Source of the DNA: Hypanus sabinus
Lineage: Eukaryota
Reading direction: 5' to 3'
Length of the DNA stretch: 64,000 nucleotides
NCBI RefSeq assembly: GCF_030144855.1
Contig: NC_082709.1
Location: 48,608,001 to 48,672,000, forward strand
The position numbers and the translations under genes were made by a program. The notes under the pieces are model-generated. The model searched no databases, was not told where the DNA came from, and saw only the letters and a program-made list of their open reading frames with translations. Positions 35,100-49,108 of the stretch are shown here, piece by piece (position 1 is the stretch's first letter; each line of letters begins with the position of its first letter).

Positions 35100-36300
35100 A
35101 ATTGCCTCAGATAAGCAGATAATTTATAAAAAACAGTCTCAGACGAGTGTGCCTCTACAAAATCATTCAGAGATTTCCGCAAATAGAAGCGCTGGATAAT
35201 CCACAGGATTGACAATCTGCTGAGGGCCAAATCAGAGACATTCATGTCTGGCAACCAAGAAAGTTACAGGTGTTCCAAGTACAATTTCTGGAAAGATGTC
35301 TCACAAGCAAAATGGCAATTCTGGGCTAAACTCAAACCAATGAAAGATGCTTAACAGCTGTGCTGTGCTTGAATACAAATTGAAATCAGCAACAGGGCTT
35401 CACTTCCTGATGAGTTCAAAGTCTTCTATGCTCATTTCATCCATCAATGTATGGAAGAACAATCATGAACTCCCTCAAGTCCTGACAACCCTGTGATTTC
35501 AGTGTCAGAGGCAAATGTGGGAGCATCCTTCAGGACGGTGAGGCCAAGGAAATTACCTGGCCCAGAAGGGGCTCCTGGCCAAGTACTGAAAACCTGTGCT
35601 AATGAACTGGCTAGAGTGTTCCACCAATTATACCAGTGCCTAAGAAGAACTTGATAACTTGCCTCAATGATTATCATCCAGTAGCACTTACATCCACTGT
35701 GATGAAGTGTTTTGAGTGCTCATCATGAAACATTTCAATTTCTGCCAGTTAGTTTGGATTGGCAACAAATTCTCCTGCGCAATCACCCTTATGACAGGTG
35801 CACCTCGAGCCTGTGTACCTAGCCCCCTGCAATACTTGATGCAAAGATTCAGCTTGACATCTGAGACTCTTACAAATTTCTATAGATCGACTGGTTGCAT
35901 CATGGCCTGGTATGGAAACACCAATATCCTTGAACATAAAATCCTGCAAAAAGTAGTGGATATGAGCCAGTCCAACACAGGTAAAGCCTTCCCCACCAAT
36001 GAGCACATCTACACAGAGCTGTCACAGAAAAGCAGCATCCATGATCAGAGACCTTCCACCACCCATGTCATGCTCTCTTCTTACTGATGTTCTCTGGAAG
36101 AAGGTACAGGAGCCTCAAGATTCACACCACCATGTTTAGGAACAGTTATTAATCCTGAAGCATCAGGTTCTTGAATCACATGGGATAACATCACTTGTCA
36201 CATCTCTGAAATGCTCCACAATCTATGGACTCACTCTCAAGGACACTTCATCTCACGTTCTTGAAGTTTATTGCTTATTTATTAAATACTACTTTTTTTT
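35100..36300 (+). mobile_element. Rex1/Babar-like LINE remnant
   Basis: GAPRACVPSPL..TLTNFYR..GCIMAWYGN. Confidence 0.78.
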
Positions 36301-38600
36301 TTTAGCTCAAGCTGGATACAGGAATAGCTATGCACACTCATTTCTTAATAGCTATGAACTTCCGCACTATTCTAGTGGTGCTTAGTATTGTGGCTTTCTG
36401 GAACTTTCATAGATATTGTCATCTATCCCTAATTGTTTGATGCAATTCTGTAGTGACTTTGGGATGTACCAATTGTAGATATTACAAATGGGATAACGTA
36501 TAACCTGTTCAAGGTCCATAGCTGTTCAATTTCCTCTTTTCAGCATATTTCTGGTGTTTTATTGATTTCTGTAGGTTATGTGTGTTTGGAATATCTACAT
36601 CTGGTAAGCAAGTTCTTCTAGCTTGTTTATCCTGTATTATTATGTCTGGACAGTTACTCTAGATTGTCCTAGTGGTAATCACAAATTGATCAGCATATCG
36701 TTTGACAAACTCTGACGCTAAAACTGGATAAAACCAGATTTATAGCAAGGTATGCTGCCTTTTATGAGTTTGTACTCCAACGCAAGATTTCGGTGAATTA
36801 TATTTGCCTCTTGATTGTGTCTGTGTAATTAATCAGATAGAGTTAAACTGCTGCAGGATCCTATAATTTGTTAGATTGTTTCTGATTTCTCTTGGCATTT
36901 TCTGCATTTATTGTCTTGAATTTGTTGGTTTTTTATGTATTTTTGTTAATTTTTTGTGTTAACCTCACCTAGTCCTGCATTTCCACAAGGAATCCTTCTG
37001 TTTCTGTGAAGAAGTCTCCAACTCAGAGTCAGGCATTAAACGCTTCCTTGTTGACATCTAGTTTGCTCATATTATGGAGAGGTCTTCCATGGAGCGTCAT
37101 GCTGTTTCATTGGTTAAATTTCTCTTCTATGATGATAATTCCTTCATTTATCTGGGTTATGCATTTATTTAAGTTAATTTGTGTGTACTTTTAAGAATTA
37201 CATATGCTCGCATGAAATGCTGGATCCTGTTTACATTGATGAAACTATATCCTTAGAAGTTTTAACTGACTATTGTGTAAACTTTTTACGTCTGTTATTC
37301 CTTTCTCTCCTTAGTGTGTTCAAGTGTCGATAATGCTTTCTAAAATTTCTCATTTCAATTCTTATTCAATACATTAATATGGCTGTAGCGAAAGTGTTTA
37401 TTACCCTTGTTATATTTTACTACTGATCTCTGTTTGAAGGATTTTCTTAAGCCTTGAAACAAATTCTGCTGAATATTTTGTAATGTTCTGTTTTCTTTGC
37501 TAGTTGCTATCCCAAATGCTTACATATTTCATGTTTCTCCATCGGTTGCATTGCATCCTGCTGCTCTGTTTTATATTCTATTAGCTCTATTGCACCTTTC
37601 TTTATGTTTAACATTCTGCACTTATTAGTCCAAAGTACATGTTTATATCATTCGAAAATAGTTCTACCTTTTGAATTAATTGCTTTAGCTTTACTAATGA
37701 AGGGGTATATAATTTCAAACTGTCCATGTATAGGAGTGTCAAGGTGCAATTCATTTGGTTGTTTCTAATTAGAAACCTTATTTTCATCAGATTCAGCAAA
37801 TTAGAGAGTGGGTTTAACGCTGGGCAAAAACCTAGTGGGCTTACAGAGTCAAGCTGGAAAATGCCTCGCATTATTTTGATAAGAGTGGCAATTGTTTTCT
37901 GGTTGTTAAAAGATAGTACACCATTACTTGATCAGATGTTGAAAGAAGTTCACAAGTATTGGGTGTAGTTTATATATTTTAAGAACTTCTATTAAACGTG
38001 AGTGTGAGACAGAATCAAATGTTTTTGGTAGTCTCAATAACAACATGGAAGTTTTCTGCATTCCCTCCAAGCTTGACTTGGAAACACAGAATGTATTAAC
38101 ACTTTGCATCCTTTCATGCCCTTACAGCATCCTCTCTGCTCTCTTTGAGTACATAGTGGTTATCTAAGTGAGTGGAAATTAGTTGTGAGATGCATGATGA
38201 GACAATTTGTATATACTTTGTCAACAAGTAATAGGACAATATTTTGATGGATCATTTGTGATTTGTCCTTTAGGTAAGAGATCAGAAGTAACTTCTGTCA
38301 AAAATTCGGACACCTTTTCAGGATATCAAGAAAATTGTGAACATATGTTAATAGGTACAAATAAAGGCAAGTACATTTTTTATACCAATGTTTATGAGTA
38401 TTATCACTACTGGTATTTTTCCAGTTGTGGTTGTATTTATAACCACTTTAAGCATATCCAATGTAACTTCAGGTATTTTCATATCTTCAATTGAGTGAGT
38501 GTGGCTTGGAGGCAACTTCCAGATGAAAGTGTTTCCATGCCGTTGCTGCCCTTGTCCTTTTTGCTGGTGGTGGTTGAGAGTTCGGAAGGTTCTCTCCAAG
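36301..38600 (-). mobile_element. R4/Dong-like LINE remnant
   Basis: LLYMDSLKLY..MYFGL and KTFDSVSHSRLIEVL; paralogous to 29361-31700. Confidence 0.75.
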
Positions 38601-40515
38601 CAGCAATAGGGTCATGGAGTTATACAGCACAGTGACAGGCCCTTCAGCCCAACTCAGGCATGTTGACCAATTTGTAAACCAGTGCAGGTACCATTTGCCA
38701 GCAATGGTGCATATCTGCAATCCACACACCTGTCTAAATGCCTTTTAAACTTTGAAATTGTACCAACCTTTACAAATTCCTCTGGTAACCTGTTTCATAC
38801 ATGCTCTGTGTAAAGAATGTGCTCCTCAGGCCCCCTCCTTCCCCTCATATCATAAATCAACTCAAATTGCATCCTTCACAATGCAGACGCACACAGAATC
38901 AGAGATAGGTTGAAAGTATCCAGCAGGTTTCTGTCCAGGTCACCCTGTTGTTTACACCAATCTCAACTCTGGGAGAATTCATCATGTTTTGTAAACGTAA
39001 AAATAAAATTGGTCAAATGTTTTAAATATTCAGGTCAAGGAAGCATCAGTGAACAACAATTCCTCAGGAGACATCTTAAAAATACCCAGTCTTTTCAATT
39101 ATTTCACTTTCTTGACATCTTCTGTGTGTTCTTTTTATCTTCATTGCATTACAGAAATTGCCTGTGACATGCAGTTTGGAATTCAATCGAATGATCTGGC
39201 TCTCAGCTGTGTCCGGAGAGGACCGAGAGCGTGAGCTGCCTCATCAAGAGATCTGGAGAAAGAATCACAAAGAGGACCAAAAGCACAAGCAGCCTCATAG
39301 AAAAGACCAAAGATGGGGCACGTGTGTTCACAAGCAACTTTATTTTGAACCATCCAGGAAGATTGAAGCATCAAGGCAAATGCGGAGGTCAGGGTTTGCA
39401 CCCCACAGGGTCGACAGAGGTCAGTAGCTAGATCAGTGGCACTCGAACCCAGCGTTGCAGTCGTTCTTCACAGAAAGACTGAGCTCGTGTGGCCACTCTC
39501 CTCAAATGCTTGAGAGAGGATGTTTTAATATTCTGAGATTTATGCGATTGTTGGACCGTATGTTATATTGGTCTCCTTCAGTTTTCAGTTTTCTTTCCTT
39601 TTGCCTACTGGCAAACAGTCAATATTTTACTTCTTCTGAGAGGAAGCAGTTGGCATTTGAGTTGGGTACTGATATTCTTGTTGGAGATTTTCTGTGTGGG
39701 CAATCTGTTAGTTTTTTGTGAGTGAGAGAGTTTGAGGGTTTTCATGTTATCGTCACTGATTTTTTGCAAGGGTTGGAGATGGGGTTTTGATGTTATTGTC
39801 ACTGTTTTTCTGTGAGGGAGGGTGTCAAAGGTTTGATGTCATTGTCACTGTTTTTTTTTTGCAAGGGCTGGGATTGGGGGTTTGCAGTTTTTGATGCTCC
39901 AACTGCAATTTTTCATGTGGCCGATCTGTTAGTTCTTTGTGCAAGAGAGAGGCTGCGGGGTTTTGGGTTTGCACTATTGTTTTTTGTCTTTCTCATGTTG
40001 TATGGAGAGAGTTGATATCTTTTCCTTCAACATGACCTTCTTTGGTATTTCATGGCTATCTGGAGAAGATGAATATCAGAGTTGTATTGTGCAACCATAC
40101 TTCAACAAGTACTTCATACTTCAACTTCAACTTCATACTTTCATACTTCAAAGGTTGAACCTTTGAAGCTTTGAAAGGCGCTGCTTCCTGTGTTGGTCCA
40201 GTCCGAGTCATTTAACTAAACCATTAGAATCATGAAATTCAGAAAGATAGATGTTTGAACTCATTTAATTCACTGGAAATAAGTTCAGAAATGGAGCACA
40301 ATGTCACACAACGGACACAAAGGCAAAGAACAACTTTCTATTCAGTTTAGATTTTTCAGCCTCCGATGAATCATCATAATGTTATCTGTTAACTGGAACC
40401 AACTCAGGCAAAATAATTATGATTATGACCTCAGATTATGATTTCTGTTATACTGGGACTTTCAGTGGAATCAGGGTAAGTGAAGCAAATGAGCTGATCA
40501 TGTCATTAAAGATAT

Positions 40516-40521
40516 TTTATT
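40516..40521 (-). terminator. Poly(A) signal, copy 5
   Basis: AATAAA at the paralogous position. Confidence 0.85.
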
Positions 40522-40572
40522 GCCTCCATAAATATTTCAACCAAGGCAAAATCAGATTTTCAACAGCAACTT

Positions 40573-42155
40573 TTAGAAGTCCCTCATGCGCCTGAAGGAC
40601 CCGATCATTGAGTTGTAGCCGCCCCAGTCACTGTATCTCCTGTATTCCCCGGGTCTCAGGAAGTACTGTCGGCCTCTGTAGTTGGGTTGTTCATAGAAGA
40701 TCCAGTAACCATCCATCACCTGACAGGAGTGGATATCACGGTAACGGAAATGATCATAGACAGAGGGACAGTCATCCATGAATTCCATCATCTGCCCTCC
40801 AAAGTCAGGCCTCTCATAAATCCTCGTCCTGTAGTTTCCACCTCGGTACTGGAATAGGAAACACAGAATTTTAGCAGTGATCTTTTGTAGATCATTCACT
40901 CATTATACACTACATTTGAGCACTATTTTACAGTCTGGACATTGAGTTAAATGGGAAGTAAAGTCAGATGTAATTTGATCATTTCATTAATTATCTGCCT
41001 CAATTGCTGCTGGTTCAAAGGAAGTTAAAGAAGAAGACTATAAAAATAAATGCGACAAATTCTGCATTTAGAGCATAAAACATAGAGCAGCAGACTCTTT
41101 GGCCCTCACTAAATTAGAAAATTTAAAGTTCGTTGGCTATTTAAATTAAACAGACAACTAAACTAATTCCTTCTGCTTAAACAGCATCCATATCCTTCCA
41201 TCTCCCTCACATTCATGAGCTTATCCAAACAGCTATTAAAAGTCCCAAATGTATCTTCCTCTATCATCATTCCGAGCAGTGTATTCCAGGCACCCGCTTC
41301 TCTCTGTATAAAAAACTTGCCCCTCACATCTCCTTTGAACTCACACCCTCTCACGTTATATGTATGTCCTCTGGTATGAGATATTTCAAATCTGGGAAAA
41401 AAAGATGCTGTCTGTCTACTCTAACGATGCCTCTCATAAATATCTATCAGATATCCCTCTGAAACTCCACCAACACAAGTTTTTCTGATCTCTCGTTATA
41501 GCGCAATCTCTCTAATCCAGGCAGCATTCTGATAAGCCTCTTCTGCGATAAGCCTTTCCAATGTCTCACCATCATTCATACAACAGTGAGAACAAAACTG
41601 TATGCAATACTCCAGATGTGTAGAAAAGATGTAGAGACTTATCCATCTTATTGCTCTTTAAGAGACTCAACACTACTTCCTATTTCACATCGAAATACCT
41701 GAGCATGTTAATACGCACAGGCATATTTGAAACCCATTAGGCACTTTCTGGGAAATTCTCCATCTGTAGAGACAAACTGCAAAAGATCAAATGCCCTGAA
41801 AAACATTTGGAACTTACATATGGGTAACTGCGACAGGACCTGATTGTGTCATTGAATCCCATCCAGCGCTGGTAGTCAGGATACTCTCCCCTGCTCAGGA
41901 CATACTGGTATCCCATGTAGTTGGGTCTCTCGTACAACACCCACCAGTCACTCTCAACACGGATGGAGTTACAGCGGCTGAAGTAAGGGGAGAGGTCGGC
42001 ACAGTCAGAGCTGCACTCATAGTGCCGACCCTGGAAGTTCCTCTCCTCGTAGAAGATGATCTGTGGGAAGAAACATATCTGTGTTAATAGTTGCTCAGGT
42101 GTTCATGGAGAATTTTCATTTAGTTCATTTACTGAGTAGCCCTTGCCTTTCCCAT
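40573..42155 (-). CDS. cryg: Gamma-crystallin copy 5 (175 aa, intact); exons 42155-42147, 42060-41818, 40848-40573
   Basis: Open frame; introns 86 nt (GC-AG) and 969 nt. Confidence 0.95.
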
Positions 42156-42212
42156 TTTGAACACAGTGAGTCTGGTAACCAACTGAGTGTTTCACTGCTG
42201 AACACAAGCTGG

Positions 42213-42220
42213 TATTTATA
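42213..42220 (-). promoter_or_regulatory. TATA box, copy 5
   Basis: TATAAATA at the paralogous position. Confidence 0.85.
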
Positions 42221-43065
42221 TGCAGGGTCGAAAAGCCTCACTAGGCAGTTTCTTGTTATTCTGCTGACACATTAAACATCAGCAAATGGCAGCAAAATCC
42301 CTTTTTTCACTTAACAAAAAGCAACCAAAAAGACACTTGTTGCATTGTGGATTCTTTCAGTTGTGCTTTCTTATCATTACAATTGTTGTTTCAACCAAAC
42401 AGTTCAGGAACATTCACAGCTACATTTCACCCAGGTCCATTCACAAATGTCAAAGTAGTATTTTGGTTCTCTTTCGCAAACTGCCTACTCAAGGGCATAC
42501 CTTATTCAAATGAGAAACATCTTTTGGGAATCCATCTATACAAGTTCTTCTACACAACACTGCTCAGCTGCCTCCATTCTTCCATCAGTAACTTCAGCCA
42601 GATGAGTCAAACATGATTTGTCTTCAATAATTACTTCTGCCTCTCCCTTCATAACCCATTTGATTCTCCAAGTGAGAGTTAATATTGCCTTTTGCAGTGG
42701 TTCCCTGTAGTTTTCCCACCTCCAGCATTCATTATGTTTGCTCCACTTCTCTTGTTGAACAGCCAAGGCCTTCCACTCTCCTGTCATTGAAGAATTGTAC
42801 ACATACACTCAGGATTTCAATTACCTCCTCTTTCTGGATTTCCTCACCATCCTTGTGATATTCCATTCCTTTTAGTTCATTTTTCTGATGTGAAAAAGGT
42901 CAATACTGTAAATCAATAACTGCCTCTGATGGGCCAGTGGTCTCAGACAAGTGTGTCTCTACAAAATCATTCAGAGATTTCCCCATATAGAAGCATTGGA
43001 TGATTTATATCTGCCGTCTGCTGAGAACCAGATCATAGACATTCACGTCTGGCAAGCAAGAAAGT

Positions 43066-45564
43066 TGCATAGAAACAACATAGGTAGGAAAAGGGAGGAG
43101 GTCCTGAAAACAGACTACAGGGAGTTAGGAAGGAAGTTGAGAAGCAGCACCTCCAAGGTAATAATCTCCGGATTATTGCCTGTGCCATGTGACAGTGAGT
43201 ATAGGAATAGAGCGAGGTGGAAGATAAATGCATGGCTGAGAGTTTGAAACGGAGGGCAAGGTTTCAGATTTCTGGATCATTGGGACCTCTTTTGGGGCAG
43301 GTGTGACCTGTACAATAAGGAGGGTTGCACTTGAATCTGAGGGGGACCAATATCCTGGCAGGGATGTTTGCTAAGGCTACTGGGGAGAGTTTAAACCCAG
43401 AATTGCTGGGGTTGGGAACCAAACTGAAGAGACAAAGGAAGGGATGGTTGGCTCACAAATAAAGAAAGCTTGTAGGCAGTGTGAGAGGGAAGATAGGCAG
43501 GTGATAGAGAAGGGGTGTTCTCAGACTGATGGTTTGAGATGTTAATGCAAGGAGTATTATAAACAAAGTGGATGAGCTTAGAGCATGGAACAGTACTTGG
43601 AGCTATAATGTTGTGGCCATTACAGAGACTTGGATGGCTCAGGGACAGGAATGGTTAATTCAAGTGCCGGGTTTTAGATGTTTCAGAAAGGACAAGAAGG
43701 AAGGCAGAAGAGGTGGGCATGACACTGTTGATCAGAGATAGTGTCACTGCTGCAGAAAAGGTGGGCGTCATGGAGGGATTGTCTATGGAGTCTCTGTGGG
43801 TGGAAGTTAGAAATAGGAATGGGTCAATATTTTTTGAAGATGTGACTAAACACATTGATGAAGGTGCAGCAGTAGATGTAGTGTATATGGATTTCAGCAA
43901 GGCATTTGATAAGGTACTCCATGCAAGGCTTATTGAGAAAGTAAGGAGGCATGGGATCCAAGGGGACATTGCTTGGGATCCAGAAATGGCTTGCCCACAG
44001 CAGGCAAAGAATGGTTATAGATGGGTCATATTCTGCATGGAAGTTGGTGACCAGTGGTGTGCCTCAGGGATCTGTTTTGGGATCATTTCTCATCATGAGT
44101 TTTCACTATGGAAAAGGACCTTGGTGATTGTAGGAATGACTTACAGCAGACTGAAAAGCTTAAGCATAAAGAAATTAAGAAAGAGGATGTGCTGGAGCTT
44201 TTGGAAATCTTCAAGTTGGATAGGTCACCAGGACTGGATGAGATGCACCCCAGGCTACTGTGGAAGCTGAGGGAGGAGATTGTTGAGCCTCTGACAATGC
44301 TCTTTGCATCATCAATGGGGACAGGAGAGGTTCCGGAGGATTGGTGGGTTGCAGATGTTGTTCTCTTATTCGAGAAAGGGAGTAGAGATAGCCCAGGAAA
44401 TTATAGACCAGTGAGTCTTAATTCAGTGGTTGGTAAGCTGATGGAGAAATTCCTGAAAGGCAGGAGTTATGAACATTTGGAGAGGCATAATATGATTTGG
44501 AATAGTCAGCATGCTTTTGTCAAAGGCAGGTTGTGCCTTACGAGCCTGATTGAATTTTTTGAAGATGTGACTAAACACATTGATGAAGGTACAGCAGTAG
44601 ATGTAGTGTATATGGATTTCAGCAAGGCATTTGATAAGGCACCCCATGCAAGGCTTATTGAGAAGGTAGGGAGGCATGGGATTCAAGGGGACATTACTTT
44701 GTGGATCCAGAACTGGCTTGCCTACAGAGGGCAAAGGGTGGTTGTAGATGGGTCATATTCTGCATGGAGGTTGGCGACCAGTGGTGTGCCTCAGGGATCT
44801 GATCTGGGACCCCTTCTCATTGTGAGTTTTATAAATGACCTGGATGAGGAAGTGGAGGGATGGGTTAGTAAATTTGCTGATGACCCAAAGGTTGGGGGTG
44901 TTGTGGATTGTGCGGAGGGCTGTCAGAGGTCACAGCAGGTCATTGATAGGATGCAAAACTGGGCTGAGAAGTGGCAAATGGAGTTCAACCCAGACAAGAG
45001 TGAGGTGGCTCATTTTGGTAGGTCAAATATGATGGCAGAATATGGTATTAATGGTGAGACTCTTGGTAGGATCAGAGGGAACTTGGGGTCCGTGTGCATA
45101 GGACACTCAAAGCTGCTGTGCAGTTTGGCTGTGTAGTTAAGAAGGCATACAGTGTATTGGCCTTCATCAACCATGGGATTGAGTTCAAGAGCTGAGAGGT
45201 AATGTCATAGATGTATAAGATCCGAGTCAGACCCCACTTGCAGTATTGTGCTCATTTCTGGTCACCTCACTACAGGAAGGATGTGGAAACTATAGAAAGG
45301 ATGCAGAGAAAATTTACAAGGATGTTACCTAGATTGGGGAGAATAGGTTGAGTGAACTCAGCCTTTTCTCCTTGGAGAGATGAAGGATTGGAGGTGATCT
45401 GATAGAGATGTATAAGATGATGAGAGGCATTAGAGAGGCATGAGAAAAACAGAGGACTATGTGTAACCCTAAGAAATTTCTAAAGTAAGTACATGTTCGG
45501 TACAGTATTGTGGGCTGAAAGGCCTATATTGTGCTGTAGGTTTTCTATGTTATTATGTTCTATG
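43066..45564 (+). mobile_element. Rearranged CR1 LINE (ORF1 esterase fragment, endonuclease start, RT, 3' tail) inserted in Rex1
   Basis: IGRKREEVLKTDYRELGRKL..KVIISGLLPVP (SGNH-type ORF1); NARSI..VAITETW; 342-aa RT ORF 44108-45136; (TTCTATG)-like tail. Confidence 0.9.
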
Positions 45565-47190
45565 CAAGAACTATCACAAACTGCCACAACTCCCAATAAC
45601 CCTGTGTTTTCAGTCACTGAGGCCAACTTGACAGCATCCATCAGGAGGGTTAACCCATAGAGATCTTCTGGCCCAGATGGGGAACCTGGCCAGGTACTAA
45701 AAACCTGTGCTGATCAACTGGCTGGGTGTTCACTGAAATATTTAACCACTCTCTTCAGCAGTCTGCAATGCCCATCTACTTCAAGCAGGATTCAATTATG
45801 CAGTTGTCTAAGAAGGACATGGTAACCTGCCTCAATGACCATCATCCAGTAGCACCTACATCGAGAATGATGAAGTGTTTTGAGTGATTGATTATGAAAC
45901 ATTCTTGTTACTGCCTGAGATGTGATTTGGATCTGTTGTAATTTGTCTTTCGAATTAACAGTTCCACAGCACATTCCAGTCCATTGGCTTTCTACTTACT
46001 GTTGGAACATCTGGACAGCAAAGATACATATATCAGAATGCTCTGCATTGACTACAGCTCATCATTCAATACTATCCTTCCCTCAAAATAATTCAATAAA
46101 TTTCAAGACCTTGGCCTCAAAACCTCCTTGAGTCATTGGATACTCAGGTTGCCCTCAGTCAGTTGGTTTGGTGTTCTATGTGCTCTATTGCACCTTTCTT
46201 TATCTTTAATGTTCTGCACTTATCTAGTCCAAAGTACATTTTCACATTTTTCAAAGATTGTTCTACTATCTGAATTAATTGCTTTAGCTTTAATGATGAA
46301 GGAGTGTATGATTTCAAATTGCCCATGTATAGAACGTGTGTCATGGTGCAATTAATTTGGTTGTTTCAGATTTGATGTCCTATTTTCATCCATTTCACTA
46401 AATTAGAGAGTGGGTTTAAAGCTAGGCAAAACCATAGTTGGCTTATAGAGTTGCCCTGGAAAATACCTCATTTTATTTTGATAATGGTGGTTCTTTTTCA
46501 GTTGTTAATAGATAGGGTGATTATAATACATCAATGCTTCATCAGATGTTTAAAAAATTTCACAAGTATTGGGTGTAGTTTACATATTTTAAGAACTTCT
46601 ATTAACTATCAGTGTGGGACAGAATCAAATGCTCTTTGTTATCACAACATCTGTGTTTCTCTTGTTTTGATTTAGAATTACAGAATATACCATCAGTTGT
46701 TCTTTACATCCTTTTGAATCATTACAGTATCCTCCCTGCTCTTCAGTAAGTAGTTATCTAAGTGAGTGGTAATTACTTGTGGGATGCATATGATTTTGTA
46801 CATCATTTGTAACCAAGCAATAGAACAATATTTTGATGGCTCGTTTGTGTTTTCTTCTTTAGCTAAGACACATGTTGTAACTTCTGTCAAAATTTCAGGC
46901 ATTTTTTTCAGGATTATTAAGAAAATTCTTGACATCTTTTAATAGGCATAAATAAAGGCAAGTACATTTTTTATTCCAATAATTATGAATATCATCACTG
47001 TTGGTACTTTTCCAGTTGTGATTAATTTTTATAGCTTCTTTTAACATACCCAATGTAACTTTAAGTGTTCCTATGTCTTCAATTGAATGAGTGTGGCTTG
47101 GAGGCAACTTCAAGCTGGAGGTGCTTCCATGCTGTTGCTGCCCTTGACATTTTCGCTGGTTAGCATGAGGGTTTGAAATGTTCTCTCCAA
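45565..47190. mobile_element. Rex1 (+) remnant joined at ~46160 to an R4/Dong (-) remnant
   Basis: Rex1 RT motifs, then THVLYMGNLKSY..MYFGLDKCRTL; the same junction occurs at ~52470. Confidence 0.72.
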
Positions 47191-49052
47191 GGAGAATTAG
47201 GGTCATGAAGGTATATAGCACAGTAACAGGTCCTTCAGCCAAACTCAACCATGTTGTCCAATTTGCTCACCAGTGCAGGTTTCACTTCCATGCATTGGTG
47301 CATATTTGCAATCCATGTACCTGTCTAAATATCTGTGAAGCTTTGAAATTGTACCAACCTTTACAAATTCCTCTGGGAGCTTGTTCCATATACCCACTAC
47401 ACTCTGTGTGAAAAGCTAGCTCCTCATGTCCCTCTGTTTCCTTTCATCCTGAGTCACCTCAAATTCCATCCTTCACAATGCTGAACCACACAGAATCATT
47501 GATATGTTCAAACCCTCCAGCAGATTTCTGTCCATGTCATCTTGTTGGTTACTCTAGTTTCAAATTTGGTAAAATTCATCATGTTTTGTAAAAGTAAAAA
47601 TTAAAATTTGTAGAATTTTTTGTAAATCTCCTGGTCAAGATGGTACCAGCAAATAATTCCTCAGGTGACATCTTCCAAATTACCAACTTCTTCAATTATT
47701 TCACCTTCTCAACTTCTTCTGCTTGCTCTTTTTGTCTTTTTTTTTGTGTTACAGAAATTGCCTGTGACATGCAGTTTGGAATTTAGTCGAATCATCTGGT
47801 GCTCTGCTGCATCTGGAGAGGACTGAAAGCATGAGCTGCCTGGTCAAGAAGACCAGAGCCAGGATCCAAAAGAGGACCAAGAGCACATGAAGCTCCAAGT
47901 AATCGACCAAGGATAAGGCATATTTATCAGTGACTCCATTTTGAACCATGAGGAAGTTTGAGGCATCAAGGTGAACGCAGAGGAGGTTACTGAATGCTCT
48001 CCATAGAGGCCACAGAGCAAATGTTGGTCATTAGCTGGGTCAGGGAGCATTCGGACCCAGCATTGCTGTCACTATTCACAGAAGGACTGATTCTGTGCAG
48101 CTGCTCTCTTCAAATGCTGAAGGCAAGTTTTTCTCAATATTCTGAAATTTATATGATTATTGGATTGTATGTTATATTGGTCTCCTTCAGCTTTCAGTGT
48201 TTTCTTTCTTGTTTCTGATTGGCAGACAGTCAATATTTTAATTTTTCTGAGAGGAAGCTGTTGGAATTTGGGGTCTTGTTGGTGTTTTTCTGTGTGGGTG
48301 ATCTATCTTTCTCTGTATCAGAGTGGTTGAGGGATTTGATGTTATGGTCACGGATTTTTTTGCAAGGGAGAGGGTTGGGGATTTGATTTGATTTTATTGT
48401 CACTGCTTTTTTTCTGTGAGGAAAGGTGTTAGTGGTTTGATGCTATTGTCACAGTTTTTATGTGCAAGGTGGGCTTTCTGTTAGTTTCTGTGCAAGGGAG
48501 GGGGTGGGGGTTTGTTACTTATTGTTTTTTCCTCAGTGGGGGAAGTTAATGTATTTTCCTTCTACAAGACCCCTGATTTTTCTCAATTTTCTATCTGTCT
48601 GGGGAAGACAAATATCAAAGTTGGTATTGTGCATGTATACTTTGAAAACAAAATGAACTTTTGAACATTTGAAAAGCATTGCTTTCTGTGCTCTTTCAAT
48701 CCATGTCTCTAATTCTGGTGTTTCATTTCTTGTGAAGTCATCTCACAAAACCATCAGAATAATAAAACTCATAAAAATAGATATTTAAACTCATTAAATA
48801 CACCAGAAATAAATTCAGAAATGGAGCTCAACGCCTCACAATGAACTCAATAACACAAGAGGCAGAGAACAACTTTCCACTAATTTTGTATTTTTAGCCT
48901 CCTATGAATTATCATAACGTTATATGTTAACTGGAACCAACTGTGGTAAAACAACTTAATGTGGTCCTCAGATCATGATTACAGTCCCTGATTCTGTCCA
49001 GTGGGATCAGAGTAAATGGAATCAGATGAGCTGATAGTGTCATTAAACGTAT

Positions 49053-49058
49053 TTTATT
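49053..49058 (-). terminator. Poly(A) signal, copy 6
   Basis: AATAAA at the paralogous position. Confidence 0.85.
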
Positions 49059-49108
49059 GCCTCCATAAATATTTCAACAAGATAAAATTAGATTTTCAAG
49101 AGCAACCT

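Noticed and set aside
44108-45136. 342-aa ORF as a host gene or active reverse transcriptase
   Set aside because: CR1 ORF2 fragment with deletions, frameshifts and stops on both sides.
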